Below are positions 1 to 11,892 of a stretch of DNA of 64,000 nt, one piece after another (the first letter of the stretch is position 1; the number at the start of each line of letters is the position of its first letter). The stretch is taken from the NCBI GenBank assembly GCA_016748015.1, contig JAAOMT010000303.1, positions 496,001-560,000 on the forward strand. The letters are read 5' to 3'. Origin of the DNA: Geosiphon pyriformis uo1. Lineage: Eukaryota > Fungi > Glomeromycota. The notes below the pieces were generated by a model. It searched no databases and was not told the DNA's origin. It saw nothing but the letters and a program-made list of their open reading frames with translations. The position numbers and the translations under genes were made by a program.

Positions 1-264
1 TAGAGACAATGTCTATGATAATAAATTCTCTAGCCAATAGAAAAAACTCTTTATAGTCAACAAAGTTTTGAACAATAGTTCTTATATTCTTCAAGATTAA
101 TCTGGAACAATCTTCAATGATTGTTTTGTTTATGGTACACAACTCAAGAAATATTATAAATAACCTAATTGGTTGCCTGTTGTGATAATACCAACTCAAA
201 TAATCAGCAAAAATCAAGTATAAATAAATACACTATTCCCAAAACAGAGGTATCTTTAATCAAT

Positions 265-921
265 ATGAACAATTATTTTTTGGATCAAAACATTTAAAAC
301 ATCTTCTATACTTTCCATAAATATTGGATCAAAAACTATCCAAATGCTACTTTGACTATTGGAAAACAAACCATCATAACTGATAACAGTAAAACACATA
401 CTGTTATTAGACCAAAGAAAACTACTACCAAAAGAGAAAAAATTGGTAGCAAAATAGATAAATATCTGTTGGAAAGTATAATAGCAGTTATACTCCCACC
501 TTCCAGCATAATTGGAAAAACACTCCAAGAAATCTTATCCATAGACAAAAACCTGTCATATAAAAGGCAATTATAATTCTATAGTCGTTTTGGAGAAATC
601 ATAGAGAATATGAAACTTATAAAAAAACCAACTTCAGAGATACAGACAGAAATTTTGGGCATTATACAGTTAAATGTTTCAAGAGTTTTAACTATTGCTA
701 GAAAAACCAAAACTCTAATACAAAGATTTGGTCTCTTGGATACAAAACTCATTTCACTTCAAGTATTATATACTCTATCCACAAAAGACTTCAACAAACT
801 AGTTAGTTTTGAGTTAAATAAAACTCTTCAAATAAATTACACCATAAATAGCTTGATTTCACTGGAGCTCAATCTCTTTGGAAAGGATAATATTACGGTT
901 GAAACTTATACTTCTTATTAA
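265..921 (+). pseudogene. A1 ORF3 (unknown function), with internal stops
   Basis: ATG AAC AAT TAT at 265; 657 nt like the other copies; ORF-track pieces 352-576 and 610-921. Confidence 0.88.
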
Positions 922-1542
922 ATATTATATGTATTAGCTATTGATATCATTTAAATTAGCTACTCTATTTATAGAAAGTGATCATTGACCTCTTTTAATA
1001 GCTATATAAGCAATGAATCTTTTAGCTATAGAAAAGTATGTCAAAAATACAAGGCATATCAGAAATCAAGGAAGTAAAATAAAATAAAATAACAACTTTT
1101 ATCTCAATCATTCTCTTATCACTAATTTCCTTTTCCCCTATCTTCAAGTATCTGAACATCTTGGAATAAAAGATTACTTGTTGGTTATTCCTTACTCTTT
1201 TCCTGAAATATGTAATTGCAACATTTGAAGATTATTGAATAAAATGTGACTGGAAAATATATCTAATGCCTGATATTGAATTTTAAGAGTGCTAACATAA
1301 GGCATAGAATTATATCAGACATGATCATTTGTTAACAGTATGGACTATTCCTCTATCTTTAGATTCCTGGTTATCCTTTAAAAAGTATAGCGACTGAGAT
1401 ATTTTATGAGATTGATCTTGTATATTGAATTTATACTTATTTAATTCGCTTTTTGAAGTTGAAATTCCTTTGATTCTTTTTCATTATCTTACAATCTTGT
1501 TCTCCCTTGCTATCTATTAGCTTGTTACTCCAACTCATAACA
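891..1542 (+). repeat. A1 3' LTR
   Basis: Starts TATTACGGTTG (decayed TGTTA) after purine tract GGAAAGGATAA; ends CATAACA. Confidence 0.92.
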
Positions 1543-3201
1543 CTATGTAAGCACAGCCCATCCTTGTATAATTTTTGCTGGTTCTTGAGATGAAACAAGA
1601 TCAGGTTTTGATCTTATTCAGAGTAGTGCTCAAATAGTAAGCAGTACAGTTCTGTAATAAACCTACTAGTTTAGCTTCCCAGGTTTTTCTCTGCTCAATA
1701 ACCTTTTGGATTCCAATTATTGGGTAAATTCTGATTGCATCTTTCTTGACCATAGTTGACCATTGGTTTACAGCTCTGGCTGCTTCTTCTTAGTTGTTAT
1801 ATTCAACTACTGCTAATTGCCATTTTCCAGCCACTTTGATTTGAACATTTTTTATCTTGCCAAATTTTTTCATGGCAGTTTCTACTTCTCTGTTTGAGAT
1901 GCCTAAGGGGATATCTCTTACCAGGACTTTTTTTTGACTAGCCATCTGGTTGGTAATGCTATCAGTAGTTATTAAAAAGAATTCAATTTCTTTACTTGCC
2001 AGGATTTCTCTGGCCTGATCCCTTCCAGTTACTTGGGAGAAATCTATTCGGATTTCTTGGTTCTTTACCATTACAGCCACCAAGAGGTAACTGACATCTC
2101 CCAAAAAATTGTAGATCCACTCCACTTTCTTTCCCATAATCTTTTCTGGTATATCCAATGCCTGCACAAAAAACACATGTTTTTTGATTCCATAGACCAC
2201 AGTTTTCTATTCTTTTTCATGGTTTGGTTTTATAAACATGGGTTTTTTGCCAAGTGATTTACTACTATGTTGGCCTGAGCTTGGACTTGTCATTCTGCTT
2301 GAAGACTCCAATTCAGAGTCTTTCATGTCTTTTAAGTTGTCATTCAGATTAGCCTTATCTTTGTTTGTGACAAATGGATTGTCTATTTGCTTCTCAATTT
2401 TCAACACAAAATTTTTACTGTTAATCCTGTCTAAAATATCAAGATTGCATTTTTTCAAAGCTGCTTCTATTTGTGCAGCTCTTTCACTGTCTTCTTTAAG
2501 TGCTTTTAGAGGTTTATCTATTTTTTTTAAGAACTTTGAGGCCTTCTTTTTACTAGTCCAGGCTTCTATTTAAAATTTGTTGCTATTTCCACCTTTGTTA
2601 AACATTGGTTACAAGACAAAGTTGTTGGTTTGAACAGTTGTATTTTCAGATGAATCTTTTTTAATTACTTGGTTAAATCTTTCAGTTAGACTTTTTACAC
2701 TTATTCTTTCAATGTGTCTGTATTTTTTGTTAGTTTTTTCTTTTAGTCTGTTGGCTGTTGTTGGAAAAAAGTCTGCTGTTTACTTATGTGAAGCTGTTCT
2801 TTTTAATATGTTAGCTATTTTGAAAGATGTGTTGTCTCCACTACTTGTATTCACACTTCCAAATGGTCTGTTGACAGTTTCAAATCTAAATGGAGATGTA
2901 GTAGGTTTTGTAGTTTTTATAGTTGTTGAATTTCATAAAGTTGTGTTATATTCTTTTTTTTCCATAGAGGAAGCTTTATTTCTTTTCATTTGGTCTTTAC
3001 AGTTAGTAGTTTTTATACTTGTACTTCTTTGTATGACTGGTGTTACTTCACTGTTGGTGTTGTTATCAGACACTTTTAAGTCTGTTATAATAATAATAAT
3101 GTATTATAATTAAAGATTTCTTTTGTAAAAAACTTATTTTCCAAATTTAAGGCATAGTAAAATATGTGGTAGCAGTCAAAAAGTGAAAAAAAATTCTTTT
3201 T
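1543..3201 (-). mobile_element. LINE copy L1a: 5' UTR and decayed ORF1, cut by A1
   Basis: Colinear with L2 35762-37321 plus 44972-45071; ORF pieces 1790-2200 and 2207-2458 match L2 ORF1. Confidence 0.88.
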
Positions 3202-3565
3202 ATGCATTACTCATCTTTGTACAACTTGTTTAAAATTGATGATATACAAGCAAAAAGCAAGATTACAGATTTGCTGGTTAGATTGAACAGTAATGATATT
3301 GCTGAAATGACTACAAAAATCAGACTAGCCAACTTGCAAGTGCAAAGATAGTCAGCTTATAGTATACTTGAATACTTTTTTAATAAATGATCTAAGCCAG
3401 AGATTAATTTTATAGTAAATATTATACAGATAATAGAAGAAAGGGGCATCTCATTCAAAAGCTCTGGTAATACATATGGGGTATCTGAATCTTTAAAACC
3501 ATATGTACACTTAATTGAGATTGTTATAGCTTTAAGTGTGATCTACTCTAAAGTTAGAAGCCTAT
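3202..3565 (+). mobile_element. LINE ORF2 fragment L0 (post-RT region)
   Basis: Translates MHYSSLYNLFKIDDIQAKSKITDLLVRLNS..., homologous to L2 31836-32160 in the opposite orientation. Confidence 0.85.
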
Positions 3566-4208
3566 TGTTATGGTTGAAACTTATACTTCTTATTAATTAT
3601 CACATGTATTAGCCACTGATGTCATATAAATTAGCCACTCTATTTTTAGTAAGTGATTATTGACTTGATTATTGACCACTTTTAATAGCTATATAAGTGA
3701 TGAATTTCTTAATTGTAGAAATACATATAAGAATCAAAAAGAAATAAAGAAATAAAATAACAACTTCATCTTAATTCTTTTCTTATTGCTAATTTCCCTT
3801 TCCCTACTTTCAAGTATCTGAACATCTTAAAGATAAAAGATTACTTGTTGGTTATTCTTTACCCTTTTCCTGAAATGTGTAATTGTAGCATTTGAAGATT
3901 ATTGAATAAAACGTGACTGAAGAGTATATTTGATACCTAATATTGAATTCTAAGAGCACTGACATGAGGCATAGAATTATATCAGGCATGATCAATTGTT
4001 GACAGTATGGATTATCCCTCTACCTTCAGATTCCTCAGTTATCTTTAAAAAATATAGCAACTGAGATATTTTATAAGACTGATCTCACATATTGAATCCA
4101 TACTTATTCAATTTGCTCTTTAAAGTTGAATTCTCTTTGATTATTTCCATCACCCTACAATCCTGTTCTCCCTTGCTATCTGTTAGCTTGTTACTCCAAC
4201 CTGTAACA
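3566..4208 (+). repeat. A2 5' LTR
   Basis: TGTTATGGTTG...CTGTAACA, followed by TAAAAG and PBS. Confidence 0.93.
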
Positions 4209-4214
4209 TAAAAG

Positions 4215-4231
4215 TGGTGCTTCTTATGAGA
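4215..4231 (+). promoter_or_regulatory. A2 primer-binding site (decayed TGGTGCTCCCTGTGAGG)
   Basis: TGG-starting motif 6 nt after the LTR, conserved in every A copy with a 5' end. Confidence 0.85.
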
Positions 4232-5486
4232 TTGTCAAAATCCACTTTATTTTCTATTTGTATGGGTAATTATTCATACCTGCTACAACAATCAAAAGAA
4301 CACTTTAAAGCACACAACAAAAATGATCTAGACTTTATTGAACTTAATCCTTTGTCCTTCTGCTTGATTTGCTTTCCCATTGCAAAACAATCCAGCAGAC
4401 AATTCCAAGACTTTTGGAACTGGTTCCTGAATGAGCATTCAGCTGAAACCTACACAACTTATACAACCTATTACTTTGACCAAGCTTATTTTGAAGACAA
4501 CTTTGAAGAAAAAAACAACAGTATCAATCAGCTTTAATATTCTACTACTTTTAAACAACAGCCCTCTGATTTCGAATATCTGAATCATCAAATCCACATT
4601 TGGATTGCTACCCATTAATCAACAGAAACTCTTCTTGAAACAGAAGAAGAAAGCTATTAAACTGCTCCTGTTTTTGATCTCTTTTCAAGTGAATTAGAAC
4701 ACTCCACACAAACAGTTACACCTGAACCAATGGCTCAAGAATCTTTACAACAAAACATTTTGATTGCTCTCCAAGATATACAGACTGCTTTAGGGCAAAA
4801 AAACAACACCTCATTATTATTATTCAGAGGTAATGTTTAAGATCCAATTAAATGGTTGGATGATTTTGAAAGAGCTGTCACAGCAAACCAATATGATAAT
4901 GAATACAAGTTTCAAATCATTGGTGGCTACCTCCAAGGCTCTCCTGCTACTTGGTTCTTACAAGAAACCAATGCCAATGCTCAGCAAAAAATCATTAGAT
5001 GGGCACTGGCAAATGCTGAAGAAGACAACATCTCTTTCACTACCCAGTTTGAAACTAAATTTAGAACTTTTATCTTAATCTCAAAATGGCGTATAGAATT
5101 AGAAAGAAGAATTCAAGATCCTGGTAAGGTTGTGACAGAATATGCCAAAGCAATAAGAAAACTCATTAAATGGGTAAACTCTGGAAGAAATTAGACAAAA
5201 GAGCAGAAAATACATTTCTTTACAAAAAAACTGAGAACTGATCTATCATATGCTCTTTGGCCCCTCCTGGCCTTGAAAGATAATCTCACAATGGACATGG
5301 CCATTGAACTTGCTTAGAGAATAGAAGACAATCAAAGGATGCACTTTTTTTTTTTTTGTTAATGTGTAGTCATGCTGGTCTTTTATTAGTTTAGTTATAC
5401 CTAAAAAGCATAACTTTTTTATAAAGCCAACTCACCCAATAATCTAAATTACAAGATGTGGGTAATCACTAAGTGGTTATGCCTAA

Positions 5487-6490
5487 CTACATGCTAGTAT
5501 AACCAAAAAATCTATGGGGTATCACACTATTATACAAAGTACTTCTACCATAAAAAACATTAATCAGTATACCATTACACTATATGGAAACATCACCTAT
5601 TTTGACTATGGGTTTGCCATTATCTTTACCACTATTTCTTGAAGTGCTATGTATACTAGAACCACCAGTTAGATTTCTTTTAACCCTATTATCAATACCC
5701 ATTGTTTTTTCTCATTTAGTTTGCAATTTGCAATGTTCTCCTCACAATCTATTCTTTGCCTAAGTAACTGTTCATTTACACACCTTAATTAATACATTAT
5801 TGCTAGTCCTTAAGTTGATGTCAGAAAAAGCATTGATCCTTCTAAATTGCTTATTGATCAGTCTTTTACATAGCAGATCTATGTTAGATATTGACATGAT
5901 GTATTTATTAGTCAGTACAATCTTCTTATCAGTGTTTTGGGCTTTATGTTCCCCTCTTACAGCCTCTGAGAGGCACTGTTTCCACTTATCTTTTACATTG
6001 TCAATCAGTGTTTTGCTCTCTTGGGTATTTAGAGAGCATTCCCAAAAATGCTGGTTGGTTTCCACCTCCCTATGACATGTTTTGCAAAGATTATTCAAAT
6101 ATACATGAAGACATCTGTTGTATAGCACCTCTGCTATTGGCAGCATGTTGTAAAATGATTTTATAATAAATGTGTGCATTGCTGAAGAACCAGCTAAGGT
6201 AAAGCCTGATGACATTTTACCATCTCAGTTCCAAATCTTGGTTGTGCATATCCAGTCTATATCTTGGTTTAAGGATTCTATTGTCTCTTGAACTTTGTTG
6301 TTGTCTATTCAGTCTAAAGCTGATTGAAAACTAGCCTGTTTGTTCAAAAAATGCCTAATGTTTAGATCCAATTCTACTCTTCCACAAACAGAAATGTATA
6401 CAGTTTCCTTAGCATTATAGGCCCACCTCATTGTATAAAGAGTAGTAGATCCTTTGGCTAGTTTGTCAGCTTTCTCATTTTCTAATATAC
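5487..6490 (-). pseudogene. L2 ORF2 C-terminus (end of RNase H, CxxC..ETxxH..C zinc finger)
   Basis: ILENEKADKLAK (RNase H) and CKTCHREVETNQHFWEC; frame ends ...GYTSM*. Confidence 0.82.
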
Positions 6491-7155
6491 TGTTATGGTT
6501 GAAACTCATAGTTTTTATTAGTTATCACATGTATTAGCCATTGATTTCATATAATTAGCCATCCTATTTTTAAATAGTAATCATTGACCTGATCAATGAC
6601 CTGACCATTGACCTGATCATTGACCACTTTTAATAGCTATATAAGCGATAAATTTCTTAGCTGTAGAAAAGCATGTAATAACAAGCATCTGAATAATCAA
6701 GAATAAATAAAATAACAACTTTCATCTCAATCCTTCTCTTATCGCTAATTTCCCTTTCCTTATCTTCAAATATCTGAACATTTTAAAGATAAAAGATTAC
6801 TTGTTGGCCTTTTCTTAATGTATATTATTGTAGCATTTGAAGATTATTTGAATAAACATAACTGAAAAGCACAAGTTAATACCTGATATTGAATTCTAAG
6901 AGCACCGACATGAGGCATAGAATTATACCAGTAGTGATCAATTGTTGACAGTATGGACTATCCTTCTATCTTCAAATTTCCCAGTTACCTTTTGAAAAGT
7001 ATAGCGACTAAGATATTTTATGAGACTGATCTCGCACATTGAATCCATACTTATTCAATTCGTTCTTTGGAGTTAAATTCTCTTTGATTATTTTCATCAT
7101 CCTACAATCCTGTTCTCTTTTGCTATCCATTAGCTTGTTACTCTAACCCATAACA
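6491..7155 (+). repeat. A3 5' LTR (TGACCTGATCAT array ~6580-6626, TATATAA 6638-6644)
   Basis: TGTTATGG...CATAACA termini. Confidence 0.93.
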
Positions 7156-7208
7156 TAAAAGTGGTGCTTCTTGTGAGGTTGTCAAAATTCACTTATTTTT
7201 TCATTTGT

Positions 7209-8706
7209 ATAGGTGATTATTCATACTTGTCACAGCAATCAAAAGAACACTTTGCAGCACACAACCTAGAGTTTATTGAACTCAATTCTCTGCTCTCCTG
7301 CTTGATCTGTTTCTCTGTTGAAAAACAATCTAGTAGACAATTCCAAGACTTTTGGAATTGGTTCTTGAATGAGCATTCAACTGAAACTTATACAGCTTAT
7401 ACCATCTATTACTTTGATCAAGCTTACTTTAAAGACAATTTTGAAGAAAGAAATATCAGCATCAATCAGCTCTTATACTCCACAATCTTTAAACAACAGT
7501 CCCCTGATTTCGAATATCTGAATTACCAAATCCATATTTGGATTGCTGCTTCCCTTTGAAACAGAAGAAGAAAGTTACCAAACTGTCCCTATTTTTGATA
7601 TTTTTTCAAGTAAATCAGAGCACTCCACACAAACAGTAATTCCTGAACCAATGGCCCAAGATCCAGTGCAAGCAAACATCCTGGCCGCCCTCCAAGGCAT
7701 ACAAACTGCTTTGGGACAAAAAAACAACACCCCACTACCATTATTCAGAGGCAATGCACAAGATCCAATTGAATGGTTGGATGACTTTAAAAGAGCTACT
7801 ACAGCTAACCAATATGATAATGAGTACAAGTTTCAAATTGTTGGTGGCTATCTCCAAGACTCTTCTGCTATCTGGTTTTTACAGGAAACTAATGTTAATG
7901 CCCATTAAAGAATTATTAAATAAATGTCAGCAAATGCCAGAGAAAACAACACCTCTTTTACAACCCAGTTTGAAAACAAGTTCAGAACCCCAATCTTGAT
8001 ATTTAAGTAGCACATGGAATTAGAAAAAAAAATTCAAGGTCCTGGTGAAATTGTAACTGAATATGCTAAAGCAATCAGAAAGTTAATCAAATGTGTAGAC
8101 TCTGGAAAAAATTGGACAGAAGAGCAAAAAATTCATTCCTTCACAAAAGGATTGAGAACCAATTTATCTTATGCTCTTTGGCCTCTCTTGGCCCTGAAAG
8201 ACAATCCTACAATGGACATGGCCATTGAACTTGCCCAATGAATTGAAGACAACCAAAGAATACATTTGGGATCTACACTTCTAGTTTTTGCTCCTGCTTC
8301 TGTCATGACTTCTGTCCCTCAAATGGCTGCTGTTTCTTTTGCTGCCCAAACTTAAGATCCAAATGAACAATTAATTGATAGACTCACAACCAATCTTGTC
8401 CAGTTATTAGAACCTTTGGCACAAGCAGTTAGAGATAACCAACAACCACAAAGAACCAAATATGAACCACGTTTTAATCAGCTCCAGCAATCTCCTTATC
8501 AAAAACAGCAAATTGTGGTCCCTCTTGTATGTTATAGATATGGATTAACTGGACATTTCTCAAGAAATTGCAACAATTCTCCTTTACTTCCTCTAGTCCC
8601 CAAAAATAATGACAATCAAAACAATAGATCCAACTATACCAACATCAATTTCTTTGGAGAGAATCCTCTAGTTAAAGCCACAGTCTATCAGCTTTTAAAC
8701 TGGTAG
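7209..8706 (+). pseudogene. gag: A3 gag (capsid, decayed CCHC knuckle)
   Basis: FRGNAQDPIEWLDDF capsid motif; several stops and frameshifts relative to A7 gag. Confidence 0.9.
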
Positions 8707-8741
8707 GTGCATCTCCAAAGGGTGAGAGTACAAGCCAACCA
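8694..8741 (+). promoter_or_regulatory. -1 ribosomal frameshift signal: T TTA AAC plus downstream hairpin
   Basis: Heptamer in gag phase; the -1 frame reads LVGA..GES..QPE into pol; conserved at 20802, 42665, 45543, 52222, 62625. Confidence 0.85.
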
Positions 8742-8907
8742 GAAAAAAACCTCTTTTTTACTTTTAAATTAACTAATAATAACCATGACATAGATAAATT
8801 AGCAATCAACACTTCTGAATCAACCAGAAAAAAGAAGAAAGCCAAGATTGATTTCGTTCTAGATCTTAACAAAGCCTCAACTTTCACTGCTGATAACAAT
8901 GAGCCAC

Positions 8908-9754
8908 TGTTACGAGTAATTTCTTGGAGTCTCAAATCAAATAACAAATCTGTAACTTGGTGCTAAAAGTTATTTGCATTGATGTTAATAATCTGAAGGT
9001 TTTGTATTTGAAGATTTCGGTTTAAGTTCTTTGTATAATGTACAAAGATTCAATAGTTGTTTTATCCATAGCTTTCCAAAATCGCAATTTTGTTAATTCT
9101 TCTCTTGGCATGATGGCCAGCAATCCTCTAGTAAGTATTCTATATCTTCTGTACATGTCCTACCCTCTTGCAGGAGTCTTTTACCAGGCAATCCTTGACA
9201 TTAGTAATCTAGTGCTTTATTTAACCAATTAGTGTACAACAATAAAATAAAAAATAAAAATAAAGAAAAGAAATAAAAGAAAATAATAAATAAGCCAAGG
9301 CAGTTTTACAAGTTAGTATCCCATTAATAGCTGTGATCAAGAGCTATTGTTTCAGTGTATTTAAGTATCAATTACTATCAACATGAAGTGTTGATAGTGG
9401 AATTAGGTTTGAGATACCAAATAGTTATTTATTGTGTTTGGAAGGTTGTCTAGATGAAATCTAAACTGAAAGGTCTGTTTCTTTTAGCTTCTAATACTAC
9501 TGCTATATATACATAATTAAGATTCCTCAATTTTTCCATTCTTTACAACAAAAATCCTGGAATTTCTGGAATTCTGCAATTTCTTTGAGGGGAATCCTGG
9601 AATTCTGGAATCCTGCGATTCCTCATGAGAATCCTGTAATTCCTGGAATCTTGCAATTCTTGAGAGGAATCCTGAAATTCCACATTTACTATGTCTACTT
9701 TTGATTGGCTAATAACTATGCTAATATATATTCCCTATATTTCTATGAGTAATA
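8908..9754 (-). repeat. B 3' LTR with GGAAT(T)CCT tandem array (~9553-9682)
   Basis: Direct repeat of 25856-26702. Confidence 0.95.
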
Positions 9755-9767
9755 TTATTCCCTCTTT

Positions 9768-10397
9768 TTAATATTGAGCTCCATCAAAATCCAATTCTGC
9801 TAATTCCTCTTCTTGAAGTATTTCCTGAATTTTATTTTCGAGAATTACTTGTGTTATTTAAGTCTGTAATTCTTCAAATTGAGTGTTGGTGATCTTTTCT
9901 AATTGATTACTGGTAACCGTGTCTATTGCTTTGTTGAGTAAGATTTCTGGTCGATTCTGAAATACTGTGTATATTTGGTATATGGTTCAGGCCTGTGTAA
10001 ATAAGTTGTTCTTTTCCACAAAATGTTCTAATTGTTATAGTATTCTGGTGTCGAATAATTGCTTTGTTTTATCCATATATAAATTCTGGATATTCACGTG
10101 TTGTTCCAAGTAAAAATAACAATAGTTTCTTGGAAATTATTGTATCCATCAATTCCAAGTTTCTTTAGTCAACTCTTGGTATAGTAACTCTTTTGTCGAT
10201 TCTTTTATTGCTAATTTTACTTTCACTATAATTTTGTCAATGGTATTTTCTGTTTTTTTCTGTGTTCTATGTGTCAATGTCTTTCTAATGTCTTGATATT
10301 GGATGGTTTGTTAATTAATTGTAATTTCCATCTCTTTGTATTGAATCAATTGAAAGAGTTGTTGTGCTAGTAAGTAGATGTTGTCTGTAATTTCCAT
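9768..10397 (-). pseudogene. B ORF3 (209 codons, homologous to A ORF3)
   Basis: MEITDNIYLLAQQ...ELDFDGAQY*; no frameshift, only TAA/TGA stops explicable as CAA/CGA decay. Confidence 0.75.
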
Positions 10398-10439
10398 TTT
10401 TCTGATATTTCTTGTCATGTCTACCATGTCTTTATATAT

Positions 10440-11833
10440 TCTTTTGATGGATTAATTAACATGTTGTTGTCAATGATAATGATTGGTTCCAGATCTTATG
10501 AAATTTTCTCTGGTTGGACTAGTATCTTCTGTACTTCTAATTGTGGAATATTACTGATGGATAGTGATGTAATATTGTGGTATGATTTCAGTCAATCTTC
10601 ATGTGCTGTTTTGGTTAAGATTTTGTTATCCAGTTTTAATTTGTAAGCTCTATTTTCTAGAATTTTTTCTATGTAAAATGGTCCATCTCATTTGGAATCA
10701 AATTTTTCATTTCATTGTTTTTCCACTTTAGTATGATGTAAGAGTACTTTGTCTCCAATCTTGAATTTAACTGGTTTGTCTGGTAGTTGATTATCATGTC
10801 TTTTTTTCTGTTTCTCTTGTGACTTTTGTATGTTATCAGCTGCTCTTCTTCATTTGTTTTCCAATGTTTCCATTAAGTCATATGTTTTTCTTAACAATGT
10901 CTCTTGAAAATTCTCTTCTGTTATTGGTTCAGTTAGATATGTGTTAACCTCTATCTCAACTGGTAATGTTGCTGTTCTATCATATATCAATTCAAATAGT
11001 GTTGCTTGTGTGGTGTCTTGCTTCATTGTTCAATAAGCAAATAATACTAATGGTATGAACAAATCCCATTTATTCTGGTTTTCTTGGCTGAGTTTCACTA
11101 TTGCTTCACACAAAGTTTTATTAAATCTTTCAACTAATCCATTGGTTTGTGGATGGTATGATGATGATAGTGGTCTCTTAATTCCAAATCTTTGGCTTAG
11201 TTCTGCTAATGTTCTATTCACAAAATAGGTTCCTTGGTCTAATAATAGTTTTTTTGGACATCCATGTCAACAAATTAGATCTTAATGGATGAATTTGGCA
11301 ATGGATTTTGCATCTGCTTTTTAAATTGCTTTGGCTTCTGGCCATTTAGTAAGATAGTCTATGACTACTGCAATATATCTGTTGTTTTTGCTGGTAATTG
11401 TCAATGGTCCAATTAAGTCAATTCCAATGTGGTCGAATGGTTGTCCCACTTTGATTGGTCTTAATGGTTCATTGGATCTTGTTCCTCCTCTTTTTTAACA
11501 CACATCACAATTTTGAATGTATTGGATGATATCTGGATATATTGATGGCCAATAATATCTTTTTCTGGTTCTTTTCATGGTAGCTTCTTTGTGAAAATGT
11601 CCTGTTGTTGGATCAGAGTGCATGTTGAATAACACTGGTTCTTTTTCTGGCTCTGTAATTACTCTGGTTGGTTTATCTGGATCTTTTCTATTCTTCCAAT
11701 AAAGTATATTTTGGTAAGTAATAAAGTATTTTGATTGTTGTTTGATACTATTGCATTCTGATTGAGATAATTTCTTCTTGAACTGTTGAGTCTTTATATA
11801 ATGTTTGAGTTGTTAATATTTTTCTGGATTCAT
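10440..11833 (-). pseudogene. B integrase, separate ORF (3' limit approximate)
   Basis: ATG AAT CCA GAA after the RNase H stop; H..H..CxxC, GIDLIGP, YHPQTNGLVERFN, GPF motifs. Confidence 0.88.
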
Positions 11834-11892
11834 TTTTTGTTATATTTTTATTGAATTGGTTTGGTTTTGTTATATTTTTGGGTTGAAATGTT

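Larger units (their letters stand above)
1..1542 (+). mobile_element. Gypsy family A copy A1, 3' end only (integrase C-terminus, ORF3, 3' LTR)
   Basis: Matches the end of integrase, ORF3 and LTR of fuller copies (e.g. 30320-31835); followed by flank CTAT. Confidence 0.93.
3566..5344 (+). mobile_element. Gypsy A2, 5' part (5' LTR, PBS, gag start); continues at 45072
   Basis: LTR 3566-4208, PBS, gag from ATG 4262; broken by a LINE poly(A) tail at 5345. Confidence 0.93.
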
